Assembly (NCBI RefSeq): GCF_001194135.2
Contig: NC_068982.1
Span: 162,220,219-162,284,218, forward strand
Direction: 5' to 3'
From: Octopus bimaculoides
Taxonomy: Eukaryota
DNA: 64,000 nt
Numbering within the stretch: the stretch's first letter is position 1; every line of letters starts with the position of its first letter. Below are positions 14,530 to 29,553 of this stretch, one piece after another. Both the position numbers and the translations under genes were made by a program. Under the pieces are notes generated by a model, which worked only from the letters and a program-made list of their open reading frames with translations, did not search any database and was not told the DNA's origin.

Positions 14530-15295
14530 CTGATAGCTCAAATTAAGAATGGGAAGTAAGCATTATTGATAGCTCAAATTAAGAGTTTTGCTCAGTTTGT
14601 TTTCATAAAGAGAAACATAATGTTTATTATATATGACACTTCTTTACCTATCAGCAGGTGCAAACCTTGGTGGTGGTAACAAAATATTCTAAAGGCAGCT
14701 GCTGCTCTCCTAGGTAATTTGTTTTTGCTGCAGCTTGCAGAGTCCACATCTCCTCTATGCAGGTTTTAACACTCTCCTAGACTGGACATCTTTACTGCAT
14801 TCAGCAATTCCACATCTCCCCTCACCCTCATAGACAAGAATTCCTGAGGCAGTAGACTGCAGGTGGATGCCCTTGATGCTAACCCTTGTTTCTACATTAG
14901 GTACATTCTTCCACATCTTTCACATCACACTGATGGTTTCATATTTCTCTGTTATTCCTGTTTTCTTTCTTTACTCTACACTTTTTGAAGAAGAACTTAA
15001 ACTTAAAACATCAAAGCTACTATTCTCTTTGATAATTTTGATCATACATACATACAGACAAGATTAGAGAATGGAGTAGATAAAATCCTGACTACATGTG
15101 TTTCATAGCTAGCAGAACCTCAGAAGTAGTAATTATCCAAATGAAGGGTAATCCGCAAGTTACTCATCAGGCAAAAGATACCTTAATTGAAAGAAGTTAA
15201 CATTGTTGTCAAGGAATACCATGTTGACTCACAGGAGATTCGATTCTATGGACTGCTCAAGGCTTACTATCTTCCTATACCTTGATCCTTGGATC

Positions 15296-15585
15296 TGCGA
15301 GATCGTTGCCAGTGCCCCTGGACTGGCTCTTGTGCGGGTGGCACATGAAATGCACCATTTTGAGCGTGGCCGTTGCCAGTACCGCCTGACTGGCCTTCGT
15401 GCGGGTGACACGTAAAAGCACCCACTACACTCTCTGAGTGGTTGGCGTTAGGAAGGGCATCCAGCTGTAGAAACTCTGCCAAATCAGATTGGAGCCCGGT
15501 GTAGCCATCTGGTTTCACCAGTCCTCAGTCAAATCGTCCAACCCATGCTAGCATGGAAAGCGGACGTTAAACGATGACGACGATA
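15296..15585 (+). mobile_element. RTE 3'-UTR-derived short element
   Basis: Near-identical to 755-1020 and ends ggacgttaaacgatgacgacg before (TA)n. Confidence 0.85.
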
Positions 15586-15765
15586 TATATATATATATAT
15601 ATATATAGATAGANNNNNNNNNNCAGGTTACTGTCAATCCCTATATATTTATGATTATAAATGTTTTTTACCGAAAAGGTTTTTTCATACTGAGCTACCC
15701 GGCAAAATTGTTAATTATTAATTTTATTACTAATTGACGATTCCCTGCCCTGCATATCTATATAT

Positions 15766-15797
<32 letters not shown>

Positions 15798-15809
15798 TTG
15801 AAATTTATA

Positions 15810-15880
15810 GAAAAACAAAAGACGAAGACAGGTGTATGAACAACAAGCAAGTGTATTAGTTTGACACTCGGGAAAAATGA
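15810..15880 (-). mobile_element. Short fragment of the same Penelope-like end
   Basis: aaaaacaaaagacgaagacaggtgtatgaacaacaagcaagtgtattagtttgacactc resembles 38630-38690 and abuts (TAGA)n. Confidence 0.7.
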
Positions 15881-18305
15881 AAATGTTTGATCCTGACTGA
15901 ACTTCCTACTCTTTCGATTGCATATCTCAACCACTTCCTAAACTTTCAGCGCCTTTCCTCATCCACATACCAGTACTCCACCTGTATTACCACTGGATCT
16001 ACTGACTCTACCTTAATGGATTTCACTGGATTTTTTCAGATAGATAGATATAGTTGTTTTTGCCATCACATGTGCTTCCAATTTTTTTGATTTGCGCCAT
16101 TCTTTTCTATCTTGGTCCAAATCATTTAACTAAATCATCTTCCCATTGTCATGGGAACCTTCCAAGTGACTTTTTCTAATCTCTTAGATACCACTCAGCA
16201 ACTGAACAGATCCATTTGTTGTCTGTGAAGCTTGCGACATGTCCGACTCAACAAAGTTTATGCTTTTGGTATTCTACAATCATGCCATTCACTCCAGTCT
16301 GTCCTCAAATTATCTCATTTTGAATATGCTCTTGCAATGATATTCCTTGCATGGATTTTTCCATGGCTCTTTGTGTCATATTTAATTAATGTACATCATT
16401 GTCCTACCCATGCATGCATGGAAGATGGATGTTAAATGATGATGATGATGATGATGATGATCGTCCAAAAATGTAGCACAAGGACAAATAGAGGCAGAAA
16501 GCAATGAAACTGAAGAGGTAAAGCACATTCACTATTGCCATGTATATATAGGTATTTGTTGGTGTTTTTGTGTATAATGAAGTTCTGTATGTCATCAATA
16601 TTACCATCACCATTTAGCATCTATCTTCAGTGTTGGTATGGGTTGGATTGTTCAACAGAACCTGAATCAGAGGACTGCATCAAGCTGTTATTCCTAATTC
16701 TTCTATTTATATCTAAAAAGAGGTGTGTGGTGATGTGGTCTGAATTTCTTCTAGAGCCATATTGGATTGTAAATTTATCCCTACACAGAACATCATAAGA
16801 ACAAATTAGCCTACATTGATACAACATATGCAGCACCTAGGAGGAATACACAAATCACACATATGCTTCCAGAAACAAATATGCCGTGATTGTAAGATAT
16901 TAATTGATTAATTTCATTTTGGTATTTGGTTAGCAAGATTCTTGATGTGAACTCACTTGCTGAAATGTACTTTGTTGTATCTCAGAATTGTTGATGTGCA
17001 TGTGTTTATTATTAGCAAATTGACCTTTCCGAGATACAACAAAATAATGAATTAATGGGTTGTTAAAAAAAAAAATCATTAAATAAAATACAATATGTAT
17101 CACCCTTAACCAAAGTTAGAAATAAATTACAGAATCACCAAAATATAAACTTTATCATCAATATGAAAGCACAAACTTACAAACCACAGAATGTATTTCA
17201 GATGACCAATGTAATATTCAAATTGTAATGTTAACATGAAACTTGTAAACTGCATAACTCAAACCATAACTTACATTAGAAATAAGTATGACACTTTCTC
17301 ATGCGTTGAAAACTATTAATTAATAGCACCGAAATCCATAAAAAATATTTGATCAGCTATGGAAGTTGTGTCCAAAATCAACATGCAAATACAGCACACA
17401 TAAAATAAAGCATGAAATCCACTGAGTTCCAGGACTTAACTGTTAAATTATGTTAAATCTAACTTTGGTGATTTTTATCTATTATAAACAGTATTCCCAT
17501 GATCCTTTGCAGCCTACTGTAAAGCACTCAAACAACATGTCAATACTACAATCTGTTCATTCAGATGATGAGACAGAGGTCTTGAAATGTTAATGGACTT
17601 AGGTGTGCACATGTTCCAAACTAAAAGAAATATATAAAAATCTTAATAAAAAAGATGAAATTCTTGAGTTCTATTTTTAATGTAAAATGTTTAAAAGAAA
17701 AGCTGTTCCTTATTTACTTAAATGTGTGTGTGTGTGTGTATGTGTGTTAGTATATATGCATGTGCATCTGTGTGAGTGTGTTTATGTAAATGCTTGTTTT
17801 CAGCTTTTCGAAAAGCTGAAACAATCATAAAGCACTTATACAAAAAATTCTTTTCATAAGGTCTGTGTTAATCTGCTTTTGTTTAAGGATTGTTTGTATG
17901 TATGTATGTATGTATGTGTGTGTGTATGTGTGTGTATGTGTGTTTGTATGAATGTATTATGTGTTTGTATGCATGTATGTATGTGTGTATGNNNNNNNNN
18001 NNNNNNNNNNNNNNNNNNNNNNNNNNNNNNNNNNNNNNNNNNNNNNNNNNNNNNNNNNNNNNNNNNNNNNNNNNNNNNNNNNNNNNNNNNNNNNNNNNNN
18101 NNNNNNNNNNNNNNNNNNNNNNNNNNNNNNNNNNNNNNNNNNNNNNNNNNNNNNNNNNNNNNNNNNNNNNNNNNNNNNNNNNNNNNNNNNNNNNNNNNNN
18201 NNNNNNNNNNNNNNNNNNNNNNNNNNNNNNNNNNNNNNNNNNNNNNNNNNNNNNNNNNNNNNNNNNNNNNNGTCTCTGCTTTAGAGGTAGTAGTCAGAGG
18301 TACAA

Positions 18306-18347
<42 letters not shown>

Positions 18348-21300
18348 TTTAAACTCTACTTGAAGATAGCTGATCCTTCATTTCAAAAATATTCTCTCAG
18401 TTTCAACAAAATATTGTTACTATAATATTGCATTGCAACAGTTTTTCATTTTCTAAAACAGAATTGATGTTAATAGTTTAGACTGTTAATTCTTCGGCTA
18501 GCTTCTGTATTCTATGAGTGTGAGGCTACAGGACCATATCTTCACCGCCATAGGCTAGTCTGTGTTGTCTGTGAACACAAGCATTACTTCTACCAACTTT
18601 GAATGTCAAACTTAAACAAAAGTCAGGTTAAGTATCCACTCCACTGTATCTAGTGAGTACGAAAATTGCCTTTTTTTTACCCCCTCTGCATACCAATATC
18701 ATCCATCTTTTGGTTCCTTGAAACAATTTTTTTCTTGCCATACTGGATTTATGGTTATTTCCTACCTTGCTTCCCTGCTTTTATGCTTCGTTTCCTCAAA
18801 CACTTCATTCTGTCATCTAAATATTGACACATTTCAGCCAGTGGCTGCTCACTGTAATCTTAGAATGATGCAAGCCAAACCCTATAAAGTGCTGTCTTTG
18901 ATACTAAAGATTTCCCTGGAAATGAATCCTACTCCAGTCTCTTTATAAGCATGTCTACTTCGATGTTTATGAAAATATGGCATGCGAGTTGGAAGAAAAA
19001 GTGCAACTTTTGGTTTAGAAAACCAGTCATCAGTCTTACAGACTACATTCTCTGCATGATATTCCATTTTGTAAAAAGACTTTAGGGCTGTGTCTGTGAA
19101 AACATGAGATAGTGTTTGCATACTGTTCCTGAATATTCTTAAAGTAAATAGACTTTCTATGATTAATTATTTAATGTGCATTTAGCAAATCATAATGTAA
19201 ACAGAACTGACGTCTGAAATAACAATATCAACACAAAGTTTATTTAAATGAGCTGCCAAAAATAGCAGTGAAAACTCTCTATGGTTTATTTACAACAATC
19301 TTTATCAATCTGAGAGTAAAAAATGAAAAAGAAACAAAACAAAAATGGAGAAAATGCTAAAGCTTGATGTAAATACTTCTGTTATGTAAGATGCGCAATT
19401 TGTTATAGGATATTATCATTATTAGTGTTCCAGGATGGTAATTTAGTGGAAGCAGTAGGGTGTGATGCTAACTACCCTGCAGTGTTTAGTTATGTCCCTT
19501 TATATTCTGAATGCGAAATCACCTGCAGAGCTTGACTTTCTTGGTTAAACCTCTTGCATTGGATGAAATAAAGTAAGTTCCACTCATACATTAAGATATG
19601 TTTAATCAGTGATACCCCTTCACTACAAATCTGTGGCCTTGTGCCCAAGTCAGAAGTCATTATTAGGATAGAGAGCTGGCAGACTCAGTAGGGTGTCCTA
19701 CTAACTCATCATTCAGACAGTAGGTTACTCTCTTTCTATTATGTTCTCAGCTCAAATCCTGCTATGGTCAACTTCACATTTCTTCCCCTTGGGGGTTGTT
19801 CAAAATAACATTGGAATTGGTTCAACTGAGTATATAAACCAAGCCAATGGCAGAAGCTTTTTGGTTGTTGTTCAACCTGCAAGAAATTACAACCAAATCT
19901 TCCTCAGATCACACTCTACCATCTCAAAAGAAAAGAAAGCAAGAAAGTGCATATAGCATAATGTAGTTCTTGATATACAAGAAAACTGGATGGTCATAGT
20001 TGGAATGCATAAGTCTGCTTTGTCAGAACTGATTCGGAACTAAACAACTTCCTATAAGTACTCACCTATAAGAATTGGTCCTTATAACAAGTGAAAACAA
20101 ATCAAGTCCCTAAACCCTTGCTTTTAAGACATCATCATCACATTGCTCCAGCCACTGTTGATGCTGCTACACTAACCTTCTCCTCTCTATATACACTTCA
20201 CTCAGAACTGATTTTACATTCTTTTTTATTTTTTCAAATGGTGATGGGTAATTTGAATCTTGCTATAAACTAACCTAATATTAATATTTTGTCTTTTTAT
20301 TCTCTTGCCCTCTCTCTCTCTCTCTCTCTCCCTCTCTCTCTCTCATATCTCTATATATATTATATGTTTATGTTCTTGTATATAATGTATGTATTTGTCA
20401 TATTTATGTATAAGGTTTAAAATAATGATATTATCAAAATGTGAATTTATGTATGTATTTTTTTTTTGTTTGATTACTTAAAATTCGTTTCTACGTAATA
20501 TATATGTGTGTGTGTTGTCTATCAAAAAATCAAAGGAGTCTTTAAATTATACATAAAGAATGTTTATTCTTTAATCAACTTATTGACTGTGCACATGTGT
20601 TGCCCATTTCAAAGATTTTTTACATATCTTATTATAGTGAGGTATGAAAACATTGAAACAGCCTGCATCTGCTGTAAAGTCCACTTGAACACACACGAGC
20701 AGTATAAGATATGGGTTCAGAGAATCATGTAGCTATCATAGAAAGCTCCTTTTACGGGACTTGGATGTTAGTCCACAATGTTAGTAATCAGTTACAAAGA
20801 AGTGTAATGTAGAGTGGCCATGTAACTGAAAATCCAAGCAATAAAATTATTTCATGAGGAGTATTTAAAAACATAAAGTCTAATCTGCAGTGGCTGGGTA
20901 GTGTTGAACTGCTGACTCTAACCATTGTTGTTCAAAATATTTTCCATAATCAATAGGTGTTGTAAATGCAAGTTGCATAACACTAGTTGCCATAGTCTAC
21001 CTGACTGATGTCAAGTAGGAACCCTGCTTAACATCCAGTAAGTAAACAAGGCTGGGGGAGAAAATAAGGATAAGATTATTGTAAGCTTTTCCATATGCTT
21101 GAGCAGATACTAAATAAACATTATTGATAATTGTTTTAATGGAATCTCTCTTTATATATATATATATATATAAATTAGAAATAGGAACAAAATAATAAAT
21201 TGAATAATTAAATAATTGAATCATTAAATGATAAATTCACTTCAGTTTCATTATTACTATGTAAACAAATGACAAATCAAGTTACAGCTGTTTCCACATC

Positions 21301-23065
21301 ATTAAAAACAGGTTTTATTTATGATTAACAAATTCCCTTTTAAAATATAATGAGGTTTTTTCAAACGGACATATCTTCTTAAATATTTTACGAAAATAGC
21401 AAGTAAATATTGTCTATAATTGTAAACGCTTTTAAAACACTTTTTTAAGAGTAAGCTTAATAATAAATAAATAAACTAACTGAAATTTTGTAAATTCTTA
21501 AATTCAAATATATATATGTAGGGAAATGTAAAAATATATGTATGTGTTTGTATTGTATTATGAAATACAGTTGGTTAAGGAATACGTGTTTACATTTTAA
21601 GCAAAATAAACAGATATTGATAAAATACATTCAAAAGAGAATTAAAATTCCAGAACTTTATAAGACTTGAGTCCACATCATCATATTAATAGTGTGATTT
21701 AGTGACCATTGCACTATTTGTCATTAACAGAATAATCTATCTCCTGTATTAGCAAATCTATTCCAGGATGGGTTCAATTTTGAGATTGTTCTGAACCTTA
21801 TTTGTACAATTCATTGTCTCACCTATTTGTTTTGAAGATTTAAATTAACAAACTTCAAGCTTAACCATCACTCTTAAGCAAATATGACCTAGAAGCATGT
21901 ACCATACTTTTGCTAGTAGTTTTAGATATCTTTATAATTGTGACTAGATAGACACCCTCTCAGCCCTCAGACCTTTGAGCCAATGGAATGTTGAGGATGA
22001 AACTGCTGGAAGGAGAAAGCTGCACTAGCACTCAGCTGTTACTCAATTTTAGCTTAGTAGACTGGAGCTATGTGAAATGAAGTACCTTGCTCAAGGATAC
22101 AATACACCACTCGGTTCAGAAATCAGGCCCATGATTTTATGATCGTGAGACCAACATTCTAGCTACTAGGCCACATACCTTCGTGTTATCAAACTTACAG
22201 ACTGTAATATAAAGTACAGATAAGTTCCTATTAAGTATATTAGTGCAGTCTTTATTATTTGTCTTTACTCTAGCAGGTGCCCTGGTATTTTCTTGCCATT
22301 CTTTTAAGTTATCATTCCACTCAGCATTTATTCACTAAAATACTATATACATCTCTGTTAATTAAAGATTTGGCAGTAACAATTAGGCATGGATTTGCTG
22401 ATAACCTTTAATTAAACTGAAACATCTTCAGAGTTGTCACCATACTACTGAAGATCAGCCTCACTTACTACTTTTACATTTTTTTTAAAATTTAAATTCT
22501 GGGGTTGTCTCCTTGCTTTTCTTGATCCAAATTAGTTTTATCTTCTCATTAGAGGTTTAATTTTGAATCACTAAAATTCCTTCGCTCATTACATTAAGTA
22601 TATTACATCCCAATTTGCTACTAGTTTTTCATGCAGCTGCCAACCCTGAGTATTTTCCCTATATATTGATCTGAGTGAATTAAATGAGATGTCACTCCTC
22701 TAAAGAAGAGATATGGATATTTTCTTATAATGAAATCAAAATGAAAACACACAGACAGGGTTCAAAAAATTTCAAAATCTGACGTACTGGCTTAAAGATA
22801 TTAGTGTAAGAGGGAGATTTTGTTGGGGACACATTGTGAAATGGTCATTAATATGAGTCAATGAGGAAGCATGAATTTCAGGTTCTCATATTTTTTATTT
22901 TCTCATGTTTTCTGGTATATTTATATATTTCTGTTTCAAATGTAGACGTGTGTGTATACACTTACACACATATAAGATTACATTATGTTGAAAATAAGAA
23001 ATAACTGAGAAAGATTTATTGATTTGATCTGCAGTTAACTTGGCTTTTTTTCCCCACTTTTTCAG

Positions 23066-23636
23066 ATCAACACCTGATTTTGGAACACTTGCTAAAGAAG
23101 CTCTCTTAAAGAATTCTGGTAAAGCCCAAGCCAAATTAAACCACTTACAAACTGCGCACACTATTCCATCTAGTGGTATTAGTTCAAAGAATAAATCCGG
23201 CCGATTAGAGACATCCAAACATGCAAGATGTCGATCTGTACCAGGTCCCTGGCCAACAGATGTTACTCATTTAGAGGACCAAGTCGGAACACGGGAAGAC
23301 CAATTTTCTTGCCCAAATTCTCCATTAGATTCTAAACAAATGACACTTGATTCAAAAAAACCTACAGACTTGAAGAAAATTCCATCGTCTTCTTCATCTC
23401 CAACAAACAGTCAGGTGGGATCTCCAAAACCAAAGAAAACGATTTTTGAAGGATTCCGAAATACTTTACGAAAGTCAAAAGGAGATCTTTCTGGGACAAA
23501 ATCATCTGAAAGTTTCACTAATGCTCATTCCATGCCTGATATTGTACAAGAAAATAAAGAAAGATCTAACAGTGATTCTATAAGTTCAAAAACCATTGGA
23601 ATGGACATTAGCCAATCAGATTTAGAAACAATTCCG
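23066..23636 (+). CDS. Trio: Trio/Kalirin coding exon: Ser/Lys/Pro-rich linker upstream of the second SH3 (STPDFG...LETIP)
   Basis: Acceptor ttttccccactttttcAG ends at 23065 and donor CCG|GTAAGT starts at 23637. Open frame throughout (ORF 23040+). Ends in phase 0, matching the SH3 exon. Homology of this linker itself is not recognisable. Confidence 0.8.
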
Positions 23637-24036
23637 GTAAGTTTGCTGGTTTTTAACAATTAGTTTGCTTGCTTCAGTCTTCTTGACTGACAGCAAGTTA
23701 TCCTGTTTCTGTTTTTTCTTGTTATATCATTTCTGGTTAGTCATGTTCATATTGATACCTAGTTGAAAATTTGGGTACAATCCACAGATCTAGTACCCTA
23801 GATATTATATGCCTTTGTCTAGCAGAAGACCAAAACTATGCTCTGACATGCAGTGATTTATTGTATGGACTGCAGTGTGACAGTATGAGTGTGTTGTATT
23901 TTCTCTACTACCCAACAGTTGTATCTGACAGCCATATTAGTGGCCACAGCAGAGACAAACCAACTACAAAACCTTACTAGTTAACTAGAGAGAGAGCTGC
24001 TATGCAGTCACTTAATATGATAGCAGTAACAAGAGG

Positions 24037-24210
24037 CAGTGAGCTGGCTGCATTGTTAGCACACTGGGCAAAATGCTTTGTGGCATTTCATCCATCTTTA
24101 TGTTCTGAGTTCAAATTCCACCGAGGTCGACTTTGCCTTTTATCTTTTTGGTGTTGATAAAATAGGTACCCTCGAAATTGCTGGCCTTGTCCCAAAATTT
24201 GAAACCAGTA
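24037..24210 (+). mobile_element. tRNA-derived SINE, same family as 39933-40645
   Basis: gaggcagtgagctggc...gttctgagttcaaattccaccgaggtcgactttgcc. Further diverged copies lie near 19432-19670(+), 25725-25870(+), 44320-44540(-) and 63110-63240(+). Confidence 0.75.
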
Positions 24211-26164
24211 TGATAGCACTAACAGCCAAATTTCCAACACCTAGAGTTACTGTAGACACATGAACCTATAATTTAACTTGGCTAGCTGCATTGATCACAC
24301 AAACAATTCAACAAGCTGACCTGGTCAGCTATTGCTACTGCAGCTAGAGTTACACTATTTCATAATCCTTAATTTCTCTTTTGTGCCGTATTGCATATCA
24401 TGCCATCCATGGATAGTTTTGGTAGCATATCAGTCGTTGTATGAGAAGTAATTGCTAGCTCTTCATGCAGTCCTTGGAGAAAGGAATGCTGTGAGTGGTA
24501 CTCACAACCCTTCTCACAGTACTATATGGCCATATAAGGTTGAAAGAGTTGACCTCAGTGGTATTTGAACTCAGAGTGCCTAGAGCCAGAACAAATACAG
24601 TAAGATATCTTAACTGATATTTTATCAACTCTGCCACCATGCCATCTAGAGTTACTATACATGCACCTACAATTTAACAATAACATGACTAGCTACAGCA
24701 ATACTCTTGTAGAGTTACTTTACAAACCTACAATTTAGCAACCTCAACATACACCAAAGTACTATCAAGAATGATAATAAGTATTTTAATCACAATTTCC
24801 TAACATTTAAATCAATCTTTTGTCTATGCGATGAAGCCCCACTGTTTGTAAATTACAAAACTTACTCAGGGGAAGAAGATCAGTGTCCATGCACCATTTC
24901 AGGGTGTTTTGTTTGTTTTTTTCTTTTATTGGTGGGAGGAAGTTATCCTCAAACCAAAGACGTCATCCAAATATTTGCAACAGAATGGACCCTGCTAAAG
25001 GTGGTTGTATTGAAGTGAGCAACATATTAAGTTACCTACCATTCAATTTCTAGAGTCTCAGATTTCCCAGACAATTTTCCTCCTCTTTCAACATCCTTAA
25101 TCACTTAAAACCACTGTGCTGTAATTTCATGTCAGATGATGCTAGGAGCACATCCATTTAATGTGAGAAATACTCCTGAGCCACGGAACGAGATGTATGC
25201 ATTTAAAATGCAAAGAAGACCAAGATTATGGTTTCATACTGACAAAGACAGTGTAGTCTGTTGGACACGTGGCATTTTTAACTATTTTTCAAAAGTTTTG
25301 AAAATTCTAAATGAAACATAGTGTTATCTCCTTCAAAAAGCATCTTAATAATAAGTTAGTTATTATAGCTCTGTACAGACAATCTAATATGCTTATAGCG
25401 GCCCTTAATAATCGCAAAACATTTAAATAAATGCAATTGACATTAAATATTTGCAGCACAATTGCAAAGTTGTAATTTAGTATTTTTCTATTTTTTGTAA
25501 AGATAATACTTTCTGTCTCCCTTACAATAAATATATCTTATATGTCAAAATGTCAGCTCAACATTTCCAAATTTGTTATTTTATATGACTTCATGTGACA
25601 GTAAAAGTACAATTATATTTTGACTTTGTGTCTTTTATTATTATTTTGTTCTGTAATAGTAATCATAAGAACATTGTAAAAAAATAAGTGTTTTGCACTA
25701 TTTGTTCCAACACTGTTCTATGTTCAAATTCCTCCAAGGTCAATTTTATCTTTCATCTTTTTAGGGTCAATAAAATAAGTACCAGTCAAGCACTGAAATC
25801 AATATAATCAACAGTTCCATCCTCCCCAAATTTTTTGGCCTTGTGCCTATGTTAAAAATCATTATCTTGTTCTATAACCAATTTTTTTTCTTTTTATTCA
25901 TCTTTGATAAATCATTAACTTGGTTCCACCACCTCTTTCCACTGAACTCTTTGATACATAGTGATGTTAAGCAGCCATATATTTAGTAGTAGTGGTGGTG
26001 GTGGCGGTGGTGACGGTGGCGGCAATGTCCCTCCCTTCCTTATTACATCTTCCTTTGCTATTTTCTGTATGAAGTTGGAATTTTTATTGTAACTCAGCCA
26101 TCAACTCTTTTAAAAGCTGAGATTGCTGCTGAGATGATCACCTTATATCTGTACTTTATTGTAT

Positions 26165-26282
<118 letters not shown>

Positions 26283-26920
26283 TCACTTACTCAGGTATAG
26301 ACACGCAAACATGCCTCGGAATGGTGGGGTTTAATCTGAGGCTTTCTTGATAGAATTTCTGCCCAAATATCAGGCATACTAACAGCAAAATTATACTATG
26401 GAGAAAGTATGTAACAGAAATAGGTTGAAGTTTTTTTTTTTTTGTTTTTTCCATTTTTTTGTTCTTATGACTAATAGTGTGTGTATGTGTGTACTTGTAC
26501 ATGCACCTATATATACATTTGTTTTTCGCCACTGATTGTGTGAGTGTGAATGCATGTGGTCACACACATGCTGTTTGTGATAAAAAAATCAAAACACATT
26601 GTATGTATATACGTATGTGTGTATGTACATGCAGTTATACATACACACATATTGTTATCAGTTGTTATCCAGCAAGCTCAGCTGCCATCATTCTTTCACC
26701 AATTCTGCCAGTGTTTTAGACAACACTGGTATGTTCTTTTCTAGAACATTCTTCAGAAGAAATGTAGATGTTAAATCTCTGCTGATGTTTGCCAACAGTT
26801 ACGCTGGAGTGTATTGAACCTGTGACATGACTTGTCAAAACCTGCCATTTGATATTTCAGCTGAGATTAAACGTTTACTGAATTTCACTTAACTGTCTTC
26901 CTACTTCCTTCTCATCTTCA

Positions 26921-26959
<39 letters not shown>

Positions 26960-28620
26960 AATGATTATCTAAAGAAACAGATTAAATTGCAATTAATAGT
27001 GTAGTAGAGTTAATAGCAGTTTAGAGTGGAAGATGGGAATATTATTGGTGAAGAGGTAGCTATGCAGGTAATAGATGTGTATGGGTGGTGGTGGTGGTGG
27101 TGGAGTTGTGAATTTGTCTATTTGATCTTTGGAGATATATTTACCTAAACATTTTTGCTTCCATAGTTCTGATAAGTGTGCTACATTTACCATAAACCAC
27201 ATTGCTACCCAAGTATTTCAAGCATTGGTCCCTTCATCTGTCTATCTATATAACCTTACGTTCTATTCCACCATGTCTCCATCTATTAGCTGTAACCTTT
27301 GCCACTATCATGCCTCCATCATCATACTCTCATCAGCAGCACCACCACCATCATCCTTTCATCAGCAGCACCACCACCATCATCATCATAGAAATTTTAA
27401 ATGTTTTCCATGCTGGAATGAGTTGAACAACTCAACAGGATCCAAGTAGCCAGAGGACCATATCTTACTCCAATATCCCAATAATGGCAAAGTTTCTACA
27501 GTCAGATGCCCTTCTTGGCACCAACAACATTTGCAGTGTTGGGTGCATTTTCTCAAGATGCCAACACTGTAATTTGAATAACACAGCAATTTGAATAACC
27601 AACAAATTACAGAATGTACCAGGTACTTTTTACATAGCACCAGCACCAGTGAGGTTTACCTGGTAGCTTATGAGATGAAAGAGAAGAACGCTGAAGAGAG
27701 AAACAGTGAACAGTGTTGAGTGTGTGAATAATGAAGGAGACAGCAAAAAGTGAAAGAGTAATATTAGAATTAGTGTGAAAGAGATATATGATGTATATAT
27801 ATATATATATATATATCATCATCATCATCATCATACATCTGCTTTCTATGCTTGCATGGGTTGCACAGTTCGTCAAGATGAGAGTCTTATTGGAGTTACA
27901 CAGGTTTATTGTTGAGCAAAAGTTAAGAGAAAGACTAATAGAGACATTATTAGGAAAGTAGTTAATATGAGAAAAGATGTGCCAGGGGAATTATTGAGAT
28001 AGAGGCAGTGGTAATGGTAGTGGAGTAGGTTGAGTAGAAGGAAATGCATTGCTACCCCAAGTTATATATGGGTAGATAGAGTGGTGCATAAAGAAAAGTT
28101 AAGATGATGATGACAAGGAGCCAGAGCATATCCTTTAGGTAACATTTTCCAGAAAGTGTTATAACAGAAGATGCAAGGAGGTTGGGTAAAGTTCTGCAAG
28201 CATGCAATCCCTCTCCACTGTGAATAAATAAACATTACATTAGACAGAGTAATCTGAATGCTAAAGGGTTAAGAAGAATAGAACCCTATAGATACTGAGG
28301 TCATCAACAGTGATCCCTATCTACTATTGTATCACACAGTGAATCAATGGAGTGGGAATGATTCAGTTAAGTTTGTAATAATGATATACAGTGGTATGAT
28401 TACTTATTGATGTCCAGTAGGGTGGACACTTAATGATACTCCAGTAGTTTGGTTACTTCAATGATGTACAGTGGTATGGTCACTTAATGATGCAAGATGG
28501 TATAGCTACTTTTATATATATTTGATATTTATTTAATATACATTTCATATTTATTTAATTTATATTTCATTATTTATTTAATCTATATTTCATTTATATT
28601 TCATATTTACTTACTTGCAG

Positions 28621-28847
28621 AGTGGTGGTGATGGTGGCAACTATTCATTAGCCAGAGTAATTGCTGACTACAGCGCTATCAAGGAAGACGAAATCTCCGT
28701 CAACAAAGGAGAGAAAGTTCAAATCTTAACAACAAACCAAAATAATATGTTTCTTGTCCACAGAGCAGCTAATGAGGTTTCACCAGCAGCTGAAGGATGG
28801 ATTCCAGGAGTTGTCTTAGGCTCAGTTGATGAAGGTGGAAGTCTCAA
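28621..28847 (+). CDS. Trio: Trio/Kalirin exon: second SH3 domain
   Basis: ttacttgcAG|AGT start and AA|GTTAGT donor. DYSAIKEDEISVNKGEKVQILTTNQNNMFLVHRAANEVSPAAEGWIPG closely resembles vertebrate Trio/Kalirin SH3-2 as I recall it. Phase 0 to 2. Confidence 0.95.
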
Positions 28848-29553
28848 GTTAGTACATTTGCTTACCAGTAATGATGTCTAATGAAGGGAAAAGTCTACTG
28901 TATGTCGTGTGTTTGATGGATTACCATAAGCAAGCAATATATATATATATATATATTTATATATATGTACACACATGCACACACACACACACACACCTGC
29001 TAACATAGTATTTTAAAGGTAGTATTTAAGCAGTGCTATAAACTTTTGTTTATTGCAATGATAACAATTATGTTTGTGTGTGTGTTGTTTTTCTTATTTT
29101 CTACTGGTTTTAGTCATTGAATTGTGGTCATGTTGGATACCACCATGAAATTTAGATAATTACATAGTAACCCTAATGCTTATTTTAAAACAATTGAAAA
29201 ATAAAATATTTAACATTTATTTATTTCTCTATATAACTTCTCGTAAAAACAATCATTAATCACTATAGTAATTTTTGTCAAATCTCTGTCTTTAACTTCC
29301 AGTTTCATTTGCATTCCCCTGTTTTTCACCTTCTGTATATATGTTTCCATGTGAATGTGTGTGTGTGTGCATGCACTTGCACACAGACACACACAGATAT
29401 ATATTTCTGAACTTGATCTTTATTATGAATCTCAATTCTTTAAATTTCTCTGAAAAAAACCCATAAAAAAAAAAAACTAATGTGATATATATTTATGATA
29501 TGTAAAATCCTTGTCAAATTGTTATGTTTTTCTGTTTTTTCATTCTTCTCCAG

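Noticed and set aside
1-23065. Upstream Trio DH/PH exons
   Set aside because: I found no segment translating to recognisable DH or PH sequence. They probably lie before the window, though small exons or exons in gaps could be missed.
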